Below are positions 1 through 8,593 of a stretch of 22,771 nt of DNA, one piece after another. The position numbers and the translations under genes are program-made. Positions within the stretch are counted from its first letter, which is position 1. The number at the start of each line of letters is the position of its first letter. This stretch comes from Promethearchaeota archaeon (GTDB lineage Archaea > Asgardarchaeota > Lokiarchaeia > Sigyniarchaeales > SOKP01): contig JABCSY010000066.1 of NCBI GenBank assembly GCA_018238625.1, forward strand, positions 1 through 22,771. Direction: 5' to 3'. Under the pieces are notes generated by a model, which did no database searches, had not been told where the DNA came from, and worked only from the letters and a program-made list of their open reading frames with translations.

Positions 1-160
1 GATACTCTCTACACTTATCGCATTTGACATCTTTTTCGAGTAATTCACATGCTTTACAAAATTCATCGTCGTTTATTAGATTTCCAACGAATTTTTGCGC
101 TAACATTACAGTATCTGGATCTGGTCCGTAAAAAATCCCAATTTTATAGTGTTTTTCCAT
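1..160 (-). CDS. DUF166-like protein, N-terminal part (runs off the window start)
   Basis: Not in the ORF track. ATG at 160-158 reads MEKHYKIGIFYGPDPDTVMLAQKFVGNLINDDEFCKACELLEKDVKCDKCREY. The GNLIN...FCxxC...CxxCR pattern resembles DUF166 proteins with an N-terminal Cys cluster. Confidence 0.65.
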   Translation of the reverse strand, partial: MEKHYKIGIFYGPDPDTVMLAQKFVGNLINDDEFCKACELLEKDVKCDKCREY

Positions 161-334
161 ATATCATCAAGGAATAAATTTAATCTAGACTTTAATTTAT
201 TATGATGATATTTCATAAATCATTTAATTTTTGCCTTGAACATCTTCGCTTATTATTCTAATTTTAATAAAAATTTAATACAAATAACAGCGTTCCAGGT
301 TATTTTTAATTTTCCTTCTTAGAAGTGATTAAAA

Positions 335-600
335 TTTATATCCGATCGTATTTCTGTTGCCATCCATACTTAACTCTGGATAATAGCCATAACCCTACGG
401 CTTCTATCCCGTCAACTTCAAGAGCATTCGGGAATGCTTTCTTTAAACATTCGCGGTTACATTTACTCTACTTAACTGCTTCTCTCGGCACGAGAATCTC
501 TATTTGCCCCCCTAACTATGATAATCCGGAGTTCTTGAGGGATAACATTGAGCGGAAGTGAGCGTGGAGTCGCACCACATTCTTTGTGTGTCATCGAGGT
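335..600 (-). ncRNA. Structured non-coding RNA with a T-loop hairpin; cobalamin-riboswitch-like scaffold, family unassigned
   Basis: GC-enriched island in an AT-rich intergenic region, with a TATA-like TTTTTATAA on the minus strand at ~622-630. Stems: UGUGG-UGCGACU-CCACG (579-563); UAUCCCUCAA/UUGA(C)GGGAUA (544-535 with 415-405); UCUCG/CGAGA (495-483); AGCAUU/AAUGCU (438-423); AGCCGUA/UAUGGCU (402-385); UAUCCA/UGGAUG (382-361). Several G-U pairs work only on the minus strand. Confidence 0.65.
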
Positions 601-724
601 TTGTAAATATAATAGAAAATATTATAAAAAACAATATAAATAAGTAGAGAGTAAGAATTTATTATTTATCAACATTCTATAAATCAGAATATATTAATCA
701 CCGTTTTATTTTCGTTTTATCAAG

Positions 725-1561
725 ATGGAGCTTTTAAAAATTAGAAAAGAACTCATTACCGATCTTAGAGAAGATTTCCCTGAACTGGTTGATAAATTTA
801 ATCATTTTGTCATATCTCCCTTAGAAAGCAAGCAAAATACCGTTATCAGCTTAGCTTTTAACAAGGAATCGGAAAGACTACCCAAAGAAATGATAGTTAA
901 AATATTTAAAACTAAAAATGCCGATAACGAATATAATACTTTAAAACGATTGAAAAAACAAAAGCTATTAATCCCCGATATAATATTTTATAAAAAACCT
1001 TATTTGTTCCTCGAAAAAGCGGAAGGGGTTAATTTATGCGATTACATTAACGATAAGTTGGTTGATGTTGCTGATTTAAACGAGTTAGACGCTGATGTTA
1101 AAAAAGATATTGCCATTTGTGTTGAGAAATTAGCAGATTGGTTTACTCAATTACATACAAACAATACGATTGGAAAGAACGAGCTTTCAGAAATTATAGT
1201 TCTAAATAAAGGCGACACTCGTTTAAGAGATTTCGTATATAATCCTTCAAATAACGAATTGTATGGTATGGATTTCGAAGAGTCTTACGAAGGAAATCAC
1301 ATTGACGACATTGCATGGGTTTGTTGCTCTTTACTTGATACAAATCCCGGAATCTTTGAAATGGATAATCCTAAATCAAAAATTAATCTATTAAACCTCT
1401 TTTTAAAAAGTTATTACCGGAAAAACCCTACATTTCATTTTAATTTCAAATATTTCACAGAGAAACTTATTGAGAATCTAAATATTGTAATGAGAAGAAG
1501 GCATATAAATTTAAATCTCGACAAGGAAAACTTCATAAAGAATATCTCAAAAGAAATGTAA
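725..1561 (+). CDS. Protein kinase-like fold protein (APH/choline kinase/RIO-like phosphotransferase)
   Basis: IVKIF (beta3 Lys), NEYNTL (helix C Glu), LFLEKAEG hinge, catalytic loop KGDTRLRD, metal-binding GMDFE. Confidence 0.75.
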   Translation: MELLKIRKELITDLREDFPELVDKFNHFVISPLESKQNTVISLAFNKESERLPKEMIVKIFKTKNADNEYNTLKRLKKQKLLIPDIIFYKKPYLFLEKAEGVNLCDYINDKLVDVADLNELDADVKKDIAICVEKLADWFTQLHTNNTIGKNELSEIIVLNKGDTRLRDFVYNPSNNELYGMDFEESYEGNHIDDIAWVCCSLLDTNPGIFEMDNPKSKINLLNLFLKSYYRKNPTFHFNFKYFTEKLIENLNIVMRRRHINLNLDKENFIKNISKEM

Positions 1562-1649
1562 TTTTTCAATTTAATTATAGAAAGTATTGAAAAATACAAA
1601 TTTAATAATGCACCCACTATAAATAAATTATAATTTTATTTTAAAACAT

Positions 1650-2420
1650 ATGGGAGAATTTAGTATGAGTGAGGTACCAATATTAGATGCTAAAACATCA
1701 CTAAAAAAAATGGCAAGTATAATCGTTGATATAAGCGGGCTCAACAGCGATTATATACCGAAATTAAGAATGCAACCCGAAAGCATTCTTGAAGAGTTAG
1801 AAAAATACGAAGATGAAAAGAATAACCTAATGAAAACTATCGAATCAAATAACGAAGAAATTAATTCCTTCAAGAATCAGATTTCTCAGAGTCAACGAGA
1901 TATAGCAAAAAATGAAGAAGATAACGTTGAATTAACTAAAAAACGCCAAGAATTATTACAAAAAATTCAAGAAAAACAAAATGAGTTGAATGAGACGCGT
2001 AAGACCATTAAATTGAAACAAGAAGAATTAGCAAGTCGGGATCAGCGTCAAAAAGAACTTGAAGATAGATTGTTTACTTTACATAAAGACATTGAAAAAT
2101 TTGAAGAAAAATTAAAAGCACTAGAAGCTGAGCTTGAAAATACTTTTATAAAGAAGGAAAAGTTCGTTCAATCGTACGAAAATAGAGTAGCCGCCATGAA
2201 AATTTTAATTAATAAGAAATACATAAACTCTTCATTATTTCAGTTTATCAAAGCCTTACAATTTGGAAGTGCTTTGTATTTAAAAAATATATTGCTTGCG
2301 ATTGATATGAGAGAAGACCAAGCCAAAAGAATTATAGTAAAAATGCTTGAAGATAACGGACCAATTGAATATAATCCAACGGATGGAACGATAACCCTAA
2401 AAGAAGAGGTTGATTTCTAA
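1650..2420 (+). CDS. Long coiled-coil protein with a C-terminal winged-helix-like domain
   Basis: About 150 aa of E/K/Q/L heptads, then LFQFIKAL...AKRIIVKMLEDNGPIEYNPTDGTITL. The real start may be ATG 1665, after GGAGA. Confidence 0.75.
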   Translation: MGEFSMSEVPILDAKTSLKKMASIIVDISGLNSDYIPKLRMQPESILEELEKYEDEKNNLMKTIESNNEEINSFKNQISQSQRDIAKNEEDNVELTKKRQELLQKIQEKQNELNETRKTIKLKQEELASRDQRQKELEDRLFTLHKDIEKFEEKLKALEAELENTFIKKEKFVQSYENRVAAMKILINKKYINSSLFQFIKALQFGSALYLKNILLAIDMREDQAKRIIVKMLEDNGPIEYNPTDGTITLKEEVDF

Positions 2421-3157
2421 TGAGTTCAAATTTAAAAGATATTATTGGATCAATTGAACAACTTGAAAAATATTTTGACGAATATCAGCAAACCTTTCAA
2501 AAAAATAGTGAAAATATCATTCAAAATTTAAGCTCAACATGGAAATTGATGAAATTAGAGCACGACGATCTCCAAAAAATAGAAAATAATATTGAAATTC
2601 AAAAGAATGAATTAACTGGATTAAAAATTAAATCTGATGATTTAAATAAAAAAATTGAAAGCTTAAAATCTACAAAGGACGATTCATTGACAAAAGTTTC
2701 GGAATTAAAAGGCACTTTAGAGAGAATTAACGACGATCTCAAGGCACCTAAAGTTGAGCTTGAAAACTTATTATCGAAGTTAAATACCATAAACGAAAAA
2801 ATCGCTTCAAAAGAGTTAGAAATGTCACAGTTAGACCAGAAAAAGATCGATAACGAAAACCAGGAAAATCAACTAAAAACAACGTATTCAGAACAAAAAA
2901 TGGAAGATTTAAATAAAAAACTAACTCATTTAAAAAGGGATAACTACTTTACATCGTTTTTAATAGAAAATTCTAAAGAAGAAATTCCTGAAGTAGATAT
3001 AATTGCCACTATTATGACTCAAGGTAGCTGTAATCTTGATGAGCTGAAAAAACTGCTTGACGTCCCTCCAATTATGGCTGTTAGAACTATTAAACAACTT
3101 GCAGTTAAAGGCATAATCAAATTAGACGAAGATACTAACATTATAACGATGCCATAA
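2420..3157 (+). CDS. Long coiled-coil protein with a C-terminal winged helix-turn-helix
   Basis: TAATG overlap with the upstream gene. Heptad-rich N-terminus. C-terminus GSCNLDELKKLLDVPPIMAVRTIKQLAVKGIIKLDEDTNIITM is a typical wHTH. Confidence 0.8.
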   Translation: MSSNLKDIIGSIEQLEKYFDEYQQTFQKNSENIIQNLSSTWKLMKLEHDDLQKIENNIEIQKNELTGLKIKSDDLNKKIESLKSTKDDSLTKVSELKGTLERINDDLKAPKVELENLLSKLNTINEKIASKELEMSQLDQKKIDNENQENQLKTTYSEQKMEDLNKKLTHLKRDNYFTSFLIENSKEEIPEVDIIATIMTQGSCNLDELKKLLDVPPIMAVRTIKQLAVKGIIKLDEDTNIITMP

Positions 3158-3178
3158 CTACCATTTACTTTCTTACAC

Positions 3179-3198
3179 TTTTTTGTTTTTTTTATTTT
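3179..3198 (+). terminator. Oligo-T tract, archaeal-type terminator
   Basis: TTTTTTGTTTTTTTTATTTT about 20 nt after the stop at 3157. Confidence 0.45.
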
Positions 3199-3407
3199 TA
3201 CAAAATTTGCACTTTTTCTAAAATATTCCAAATTTAAATTATCTTCTTTAATCACTTTTTATTATTTTTTTTACTTTTTGATAGAATTATAAATAGTAAA
3301 GGTGAGCGATCTCTCTATCGATATTACCCCGAAAACCCAACGTTTAAAACTAAAAAAAAATGAGTTATAATATAAATTTTTAAAGAAAATAATAGAATGA
3401 ATTTAAG

Positions 3408-4589
3408 ATGGAAAATAAAGACATAATTATTGGAATCCTCTTAATTGCTAGCGTAGGTTTAGCGGGTGGATTAGGTTTTGTGTTAATTACATCACCACCA
3501 ACCCCTACTGAGGATCCAACAAATCTATTTGGTTTACCCGAAGATTGGAGCACCGCACCTAATGCGTCGTATTTTATGCTATATAACCAAACAGGAGCGT
3601 CCCTTACGGTGACTTTAAAAGATATTTTGGACGGTGTAGCTCTAGCTTACGAGGAACAAAACGCAGGTGGTTCTGAAATCAACGAGTACAAAAAGGTAAT
3701 ATATCCTTACACATTTCTTGAGCCAAGTTCTGGTTTATATGTTACTGGCGTGGATATTTTGGACATATTAGAGGCGTACGATACTAATTTTGGATGGGAT
3801 TTAAAATTCACATCCAATTTTGGGCATGAGTTAGACATAACAACTGGTGATATTGTTACTAAAATGTATGAAGGTGATGAAGAATCTGTTATCATTGTAA
3901 TTGCTGCAAATAAGAAATGGTTAGGAGAATCCTCCTTAGGAAAACAGTGGGGGAATTTCTCAATCGTAGGAGAACAAATGAGTTCGTCTATATACGACCT
4001 TCAAAAAATTGATGTTTTAAGCAATTGGACGGTTGAAATTGTTGTTAATGGAACAGTTGAATATGTTATTGATCCGATGAACATGACTTATAACGGATAT
4101 GACGATGTTTATCATTACGATCGGGACGATTGGTGGAGTTTCAATAGACATTATTGGGGTCGTAATATTTCAGAAATTATCTCACATACTTCTGCTGCGG
4201 GGTTAAATTATACTATGAGAGCATGGTCCGTTGATGGTTATGCAAGCCCTCGACCTTTCGGAGGTAAGAAAGAAGTGCAATATAATAACACTGAAATTGA
4301 ATTCGGTATTATTCCCCCAAGAGAGAGCTGGGATTTAATAAACGATACTGAAGTACCAATGCCTTTAACCGATTTATTAATGAGTTTAGTCTATGCTGAC
4401 CAAGAATTTGGAGAGACCGGACAAGGGATTACAGATCCGATATGGCCATATAGAAAAATGTGTGGCTACGGTAGGGGTCCATTTTATTTGCTTGTTCCAG
4501 GAAGACCTAGAGATGTCTATCTTTCTCACGTAAATAGAATCGAAATAACATCTTACACCGGGCCTATACCATCAGGATTTATATTTTAA
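3408..4589 (+). CDS. Membrane-anchored extracellular protein with two degenerate molybdopterin-binding (sulfite oxidase/MsrP-like) domains
   Basis: N-terminal TM and a PT-rich linker. Two similar units: TGVDILDILE...IVIAANKKWL...GNFSIVG...IYDLQKIDV and WGRNISEII...SVDGY...SLVYADQE...GPFYLLVPG...LSHVNRIEI. Many NxS/T sequons. Confidence 0.6.
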   Translation: MENKDIIIGILLIASVGLAGGLGFVLITSPPTPTEDPTNLFGLPEDWSTAPNASYFMLYNQTGASLTVTLKDILDGVALAYEEQNAGGSEINEYKKVIYPYTFLEPSSGLYVTGVDILDILEAYDTNFGWDLKFTSNFGHELDITTGDIVTKMYEGDEESVIIVIAANKKWLGESSLGKQWGNFSIVGEQMSSSIYDLQKIDVLSNWTVEIVVNGTVEYVIDPMNMTYNGYDDVYHYDRDDWWSFNRHYWGRNISEIISHTSAAGLNYTMRAWSVDGYASPRPFGGKKEVQYNNTEIEFGIIPPRESWDLINDTEVPMPLTDLLMSLVYADQEFGETGQGITDPIWPYRKMCGYGRGPFYLLVPGRPRDVYLSHVNRIEITSYTGPIPSGFIF

Positions 4590-4651
4590 TTAACTTTACA
4601 TTTTTTTTTATTTATATTAATATTATATTAATTCTAAAAAAAGTTGGAAAA

Positions 4652-5545
4652 ATGAAGTTTATTCATATTAGGACTATTGCAATTGGTTTAATTTTAGCAC
4701 AATTATTTTTATTCTTATCTTTCCCTCTTGCTTTAAGTTGGCCTGGATGGGGGGATTGTACAGATTATCATAAAGTGACGAACTTAACACCATTATATAA
4801 TAATGATGTGGGAATATCTCTGGATGGTATAGCATCAGAAAGCATCTGGACTGATCCAACTAATGACAATGGAACGCTTTCAGTACCTTTGGCTGGAGAG
4901 ATTGGAACTCCCGGATTTTATATTGTTATTCTCAATTTAACTTTTGTTATGGACGATCAATATTTATATATTCTATGCCAATGGAAAGATAATTCTACGA
5001 AACCAGATTTAGGAGGAAATTATTATGATGGGCTCTATTTCTGTTGGAATATAAACGTTCCTAATTTTTCTGCATATTTTAATGATGGAATGGTAACTGC
5101 TGAAATGGGTGGAGGTGATGTTGACTGTTGGGAATGGACTTGTTTAGAAGGTTCACCCCCAAACGGTTCGTCTTATTTTTGTAGAGATACGTGCTTTGGT
5201 ACAACAGGTTGGTACGATCCAAGTCTCGAAATTAAAGACGTTCAAATAGGGTATACTTACAGAGCAAACGATTCATATACTTTAGAGCTTAGAAGGAAAT
5301 TAGTAACAAACGATGATTATGACGTTCAATTTAATGAGAATAAGCTATATAAATTCAATCTTGGTATCATGAACGATGGATGCCATGAAGACCACGCAGT
5401 TTCTTGGACGTTTGCCTTAGATTTAAGAAAGGACGAAGTGCCTTCTATTATTTCAAACTACAATATTCCTATGCTTTTAATTATTAGTTCGATAGCAATA
5501 TTTTTAATTTTATTAAAAAAAAAATCAATCTTTACAAAAAGCTAA
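4652..5545 (+). CDS. Secreted DOMON-like/ethylbenzene-dehydrogenase-gamma-type heme-binding domain protein with a Loki-CTERM-like anchor
   Basis: Signal peptide; LDG...ESIW; YLYILCQWKD; DVDCWEW; YTLELRRKL...YDVQF; GIMND..H..H. C-terminal ISNYN followed by a TM helix and KKK. Confidence 0.65.
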   Translation: MKFIHIRTIAIGLILAQLFLFLSFPLALSWPGWGDCTDYHKVTNLTPLYNNDVGISLDGIASESIWTDPTNDNGTLSVPLAGEIGTPGFYIVILNLTFVMDDQYLYILCQWKDNSTKPDLGGNYYDGLYFCWNINVPNFSAYFNDGMVTAEMGGGDVDCWEWTCLEGSPPNGSSYFCRDTCFGTTGWYDPSLEIKDVQIGYTYRANDSYTLELRRKLVTNDDYDVQFNENKLYKFNLGIMNDGCHEDHAVSWTFALDLRKDEVPSIISNYNIPMLLIISSIAIFLILLKKKSIFTKS

Positions 5546-5546
5546 G

Positions 5547-6110
5547 ATGGAAAAGCGTAATTTCAATATATTGGTTGCTTCAATAATCATATGTATGTCC
5601 GTTTTTTGGTTGTCTGCATATAGTTTTGTTATTTTAGATATTGATCCATTCCACAACATTAAAAATATTTTTGGGGGGGATGATACAGTTGTTATTACGA
5701 TTAAAGGGAATGTCGTTGAGGAGTTTGAACTAACGCTATCTGAGCTTAAGTCTGATAAATACACCCAAGTAAAAGATGAAACATTTCACCTTATTAATGC
5801 TATTGGGAGAGAATTTGACACAGTTTATTCAGGCGCATCTTTATGGAGCATTTTAGAGGTTGAAAATCTTTTAGGAGTCGGCGCATCAACTTTCCTCTTT
5901 ATTGGTGCAGATGGATATTACGCCGAAACTCCATTATCGCTAGCTTTAGCCGAAAATAACACTGAAAAAGTGCTTTTAGCGTATGAAAAAAATGGAGAAC
6001 CTCTTTTTTTTGAAGGACCTGTCATGTCCGCGATTGACTATTCAGTTATACCCGATGAAATTACTACTCACTTCACGATAAAGTATTTAAAAACGATTTT
6101 AATTGAATAG
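5547..6110 (+). CDS. Membrane-anchored molybdopterin-binding-domain protein (Oxidored_molyb-like) lacking the Mo-ligating Cys
   Basis: ITIKGNV...LTLSELK; YSGASLWSIL; GADGY; VLLAYEKNGEPL..EGP; IKYLKTI. FHLIN stands where enzymes have xHCV. Confidence 0.8.
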   Translation: MEKRNFNILVASIIICMSVFWLSAYSFVILDIDPFHNIKNIFGGDDTVVITIKGNVVEEFELTLSELKSDKYTQVKDETFHLINAIGREFDTVYSGASLWSILEVENLLGVGASTFLFIGADGYYAETPLSLALAENNTEKVLLAYEKNGEPLFFEGPVMSAIDYSVIPDEITTHFTIKYLKTILIE

Positions 6111-6124
6111 GAGTTTAGTAGAAG

Positions 6125-6778
6125 ATGATGCCGAATAATAATAAAATTAATGTTAAGGATACAGAAGAATCGTTGGAGAAAATTGGTGGTCAAGATAAAT
6201 ATAAAACTACGGGATTTGGACAGCTTGATTCTAAAAAGTTAACCCTTCTTGATTTGTTATACTCAACTATAATAGGTGTTTTAGGTGGAATAATATCTAG
6301 CCTCATTCCTTTTTCACTATTAATAAAAGTCTGGTATCCTTTAACGGGTGGTACCCAGTTGGTTAGTGGACACCATGTGATATGGGCATCGATCGTTTAT
6401 GGGTTGACTCGAAAAAAAAAAACTATTCTCTTGACAATGATTTCAAAAGGATTAATCGAGTTTTTGTTAGGAGATCCATGGGGTTTAATTATTTTATTCG
6501 TCAATTTCATGGAAGGTATTTGCCTAGTGGGGGGATTCTTTCTTATGGAAAAGATTGGAGAAGGAGAGACGAAACTTGGATGGGGTATTGCTGGTGGATT
6601 TGGTAATTTCTTTCAAGCTCCCTTTTTCTGGATAGTAAATATGCGCTGGCATTTACACTGGACTCTTTGGGTTTTAGCCTTTATGTTTGCTTATATTTCG
6701 GGTATTCTTATAGTTGGATTGTTAGGTAGATCAGTTAAAAATTATTTAATTAATGCGGGAGTTCCCACAACTTTTTAA
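6125..6778 (+). CDS. ECF transporter S component (YkoE-like)
   Basis: About 6 TM helices; LTLLDLLYSTIIGVLGG, TRKK, GLIEFLLGDPWG, EG motifs; directly upstream of the ECF ATPase and T genes. Confidence 0.8.
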   Translation: MMPNNNKINVKDTEESLEKIGGQDKYKTTGFGQLDSKKLTLLDLLYSTIIGVLGGIISSLIPFSLLIKVWYPLTGGTQLVSGHHVIWASIVYGLTRKKKTILLTMISKGLIEFLLGDPWGLIILFVNFMEGICLVGGFFLMEKIGEGETKLGWGIAGGFGNFFQAPFFWIVNMRWHLHWTLWVLAFMFAYISGILIVGLLGRSVKNYLINAGVPTTF

Positions 6779-8591
6779 AAAGAGAGTGATTTCAATATCC
6801 TCAAACCCTAATAACGCTTTGTGTTTCAAGAATTTCTCATTTATTTATGGAAACGATAAAAATCTCCGGCCGGCGATTTCAGATGTAAGTTTTGATCTTA
6901 AAGAAGGAGAAATTTTAATTTTAGCAGGTCCAAGCGGAAGTGGAAAATCAACTCTTTCTTATGCGATGAGCGGCCTAATCCCTTGGAGATTAAAAGGATT
7001 TATGAAAGGAAGAGCTGAGATCTTTGGAAAAAGCGCTTGGGATTATGAATTCAAAGATTTATGCAAAATTGTAGGTTTAGTTAAACAAAATCCTCTTGAT
7101 CAAATGGTAACTTTTACAGTACGAGACGAAATTGCTTTTGGACTCGAGAATTTACAATATCCTAAGAACGAGGTTGAGGAAAGGATTGACGAAATTTCTA
7201 AATTGATGGGAATAGATCATTTATTAGATCGAGAAATTGAACAATTGAGTGGTGGTCAGAAGCAGCTTACTATTTTGTCTTCTTTTTTGGTTATGAAACC
7301 GAAAATTTTAATTTTAGACGAACCAATAGCTTTTCTAGATCAACAATCTGAAAGCTTGTTGTTAGATAGATTACACAAATTAACAAACTCAAAAGAATAT
7401 AAACTTGCTTTAATAATAATCGAACATAGATTGTCTCGAGTGGCTAATGTCGCTGACAAAATCATCGTTCTGAACGATAATGGAAGTATTGCCCTAAAAG
7501 GAAAGACTTCAGATATTTTAAGCGATCATTTCGACGATTTAAAGGCATGCAATGTCAGAGTTCCTTGGGTAATTAATGTGTTTAACAATTTTAAAAAAAT
7601 TCATAAAAATCCTCACCAGTTTGATAATATTACGAATTTTCAAAGCTGTTTAAAATTCATTGATGAACTTAACAAAGATAATTTGAAAAAATTACGTCAG
7701 ATAATCATAGAAAATGAAATCAAACCAACTACGCTAAAAAGATTTGAGGAATACGAGCAAATAATTAAATTTGGAGAGCTTTACGTAGAATCTTTAAAGG
7801 ATAAAGAATTTGGTGTGAGAAAAGCCAATAAACAACATTCAAATGCGATAATTGAAACGAGGAATTTAGAATTTGAATATCCAGATAGTAAAATTAAAGC
7901 TATTAAAAACCTATCAATAACAATACAAAAAGGAGATTTTGTTGGTCTAATCGGTCCAAATGGGTCCGGTAAAACGACGCTACTGTATTTATTGGCTAAT
8001 TTATATGAACCCACATCTGGAGAAATATTATTTAACAACCATAATCTAAAAGACATTGATCCATACACTCACGCACGAAATATTGGATTTATTTTCCAAA
8101 ATCCAGAAAATATGATTTTCAAACCTACAATTAAAGAAGAATTGCTTTACGGTCCTAGAAATTTTGGTATATTAGAAGATATTTCAGAAAATTATCTTTC
8201 AAAATTGATAAATCTAATTGGAAACGAGAGTTTAACAAAAAATCCTTTCAAATTAAGTTGGGGCCAAAAGCGAAGGTTAAATTTGGGCTCCGTTTTTATT
8301 TACAATCCTGAAATTATCTTATTAGATGAGCCATTTATCGGACAAGATCAAAAAACCATTGAGGCGCTCATTGAAACCTTATTTATTGAAAACAAACGTG
8401 GAAAAACCATAATAATATCTTCTCACGATTATCATTTGCTATTAAAATACACTAAAAGGATTATTGAACTAAATAAGGATGGAACTTTAAGGGACTACGA
8501 TGAAAATAGTAATTACTTTAAAAAACATAAAAACTTAGGTCCCATCATCTTATTAGATAAAATAAATGATAGGCTAAACGGGATAGAGTAA
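6753..8591 (+). CDS. ECF transporter fused double ATPase (EcfA-A')
   Basis: Two ABC domains: GPSGSGKS/QNP/LSGGQKQ/LDEP/IEH and GPNGSGKT/FQNPE/LSWGQKRR/LDEP/SSHD. The in-frame GTG at 6786 is a likelier start. Confidence 0.92.
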   Translation: MREFPQLFKKRVISISSNPNNALCFKNFSFIYGNDKNLRPAISDVSFDLKEGEILILAGPSGSGKSTLSYAMSGLIPWRLKGFMKGRAEIFGKSAWDYEFKDLCKIVGLVKQNPLDQMVTFTVRDEIAFGLENLQYPKNEVEERIDEISKLMGIDHLLDREIEQLSGGQKQLTILSSFLVMKPKILILDEPIAFLDQQSESLLLDRLHKLTNSKEYKLALIIIEHRLSRVANVADKIIVLNDNGSIALKGKTSDILSDHFDDLKACNVRVPWVINVFNNFKKIHKNPHQFDNITNFQSCLKFIDELNKDNLKKLRQIIIENEIKPTTLKRFEEYEQIIKFGELYVESLKDKEFGVRKANKQHSNAIIETRNLEFEYPDSKIKAIKNLSITIQKGDFVGLIGPNGSGKTTLLYLLANLYEPTSGEILFNNHNLKDIDPYTHARNIGFIFQNPENMIFKPTIKEELLYGPRNFGILEDISENYLSKLINLIGNESLTKNPFKLSWGQKRRLNLGSVFIYNPEIILLDEPFIGQDQKTIEALIETLFIENKRGKTIIISSHDYHLLLKYTKRIIELNKDGTLRDYDENSNYFKKHKNLGPIILLDKINDRLNGIE

Positions 8592-8593
8592 AA

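Noticed and set aside
325-561. 78-aa plus-strand ORF ending in TGA (possible selenoprotein)
   Set aside because: GTG start, no recognisable domain, atypical composition, and it lies antisense to the structured RNA. Reading through the TGA adds only about 15 unremarkable residues.
472-594. 40-codon minus-strand ORF MTHKECGATPRSLPLNV...
   Set aside because: No protein-like features and better explained as RNA structure. A leader peptide cannot be fully excluded.
560-596. SECIS-like AUGA...AA...GA element
   Set aside because: The stem is too short for a SECIS and no in-frame UGA selenoprotein gene is adjacent.
335-600. RNase P RNA or SRP RNA
   Set aside because: AACAGAA near the 3' end and GAAGCAG are suggestive. 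However, the RNase P GAGGAA-GUCC/P4 pairing and the SRP helix-8 CAGG-GNRA-AGCA geometry are not present.
1650-3157. SMC/Rad50 or ESCRT-III assignment
   Set aside because: No Walker A/B, hinge or zinc hook, and no recognisable Snf7 pattern; only generic coiled coil.
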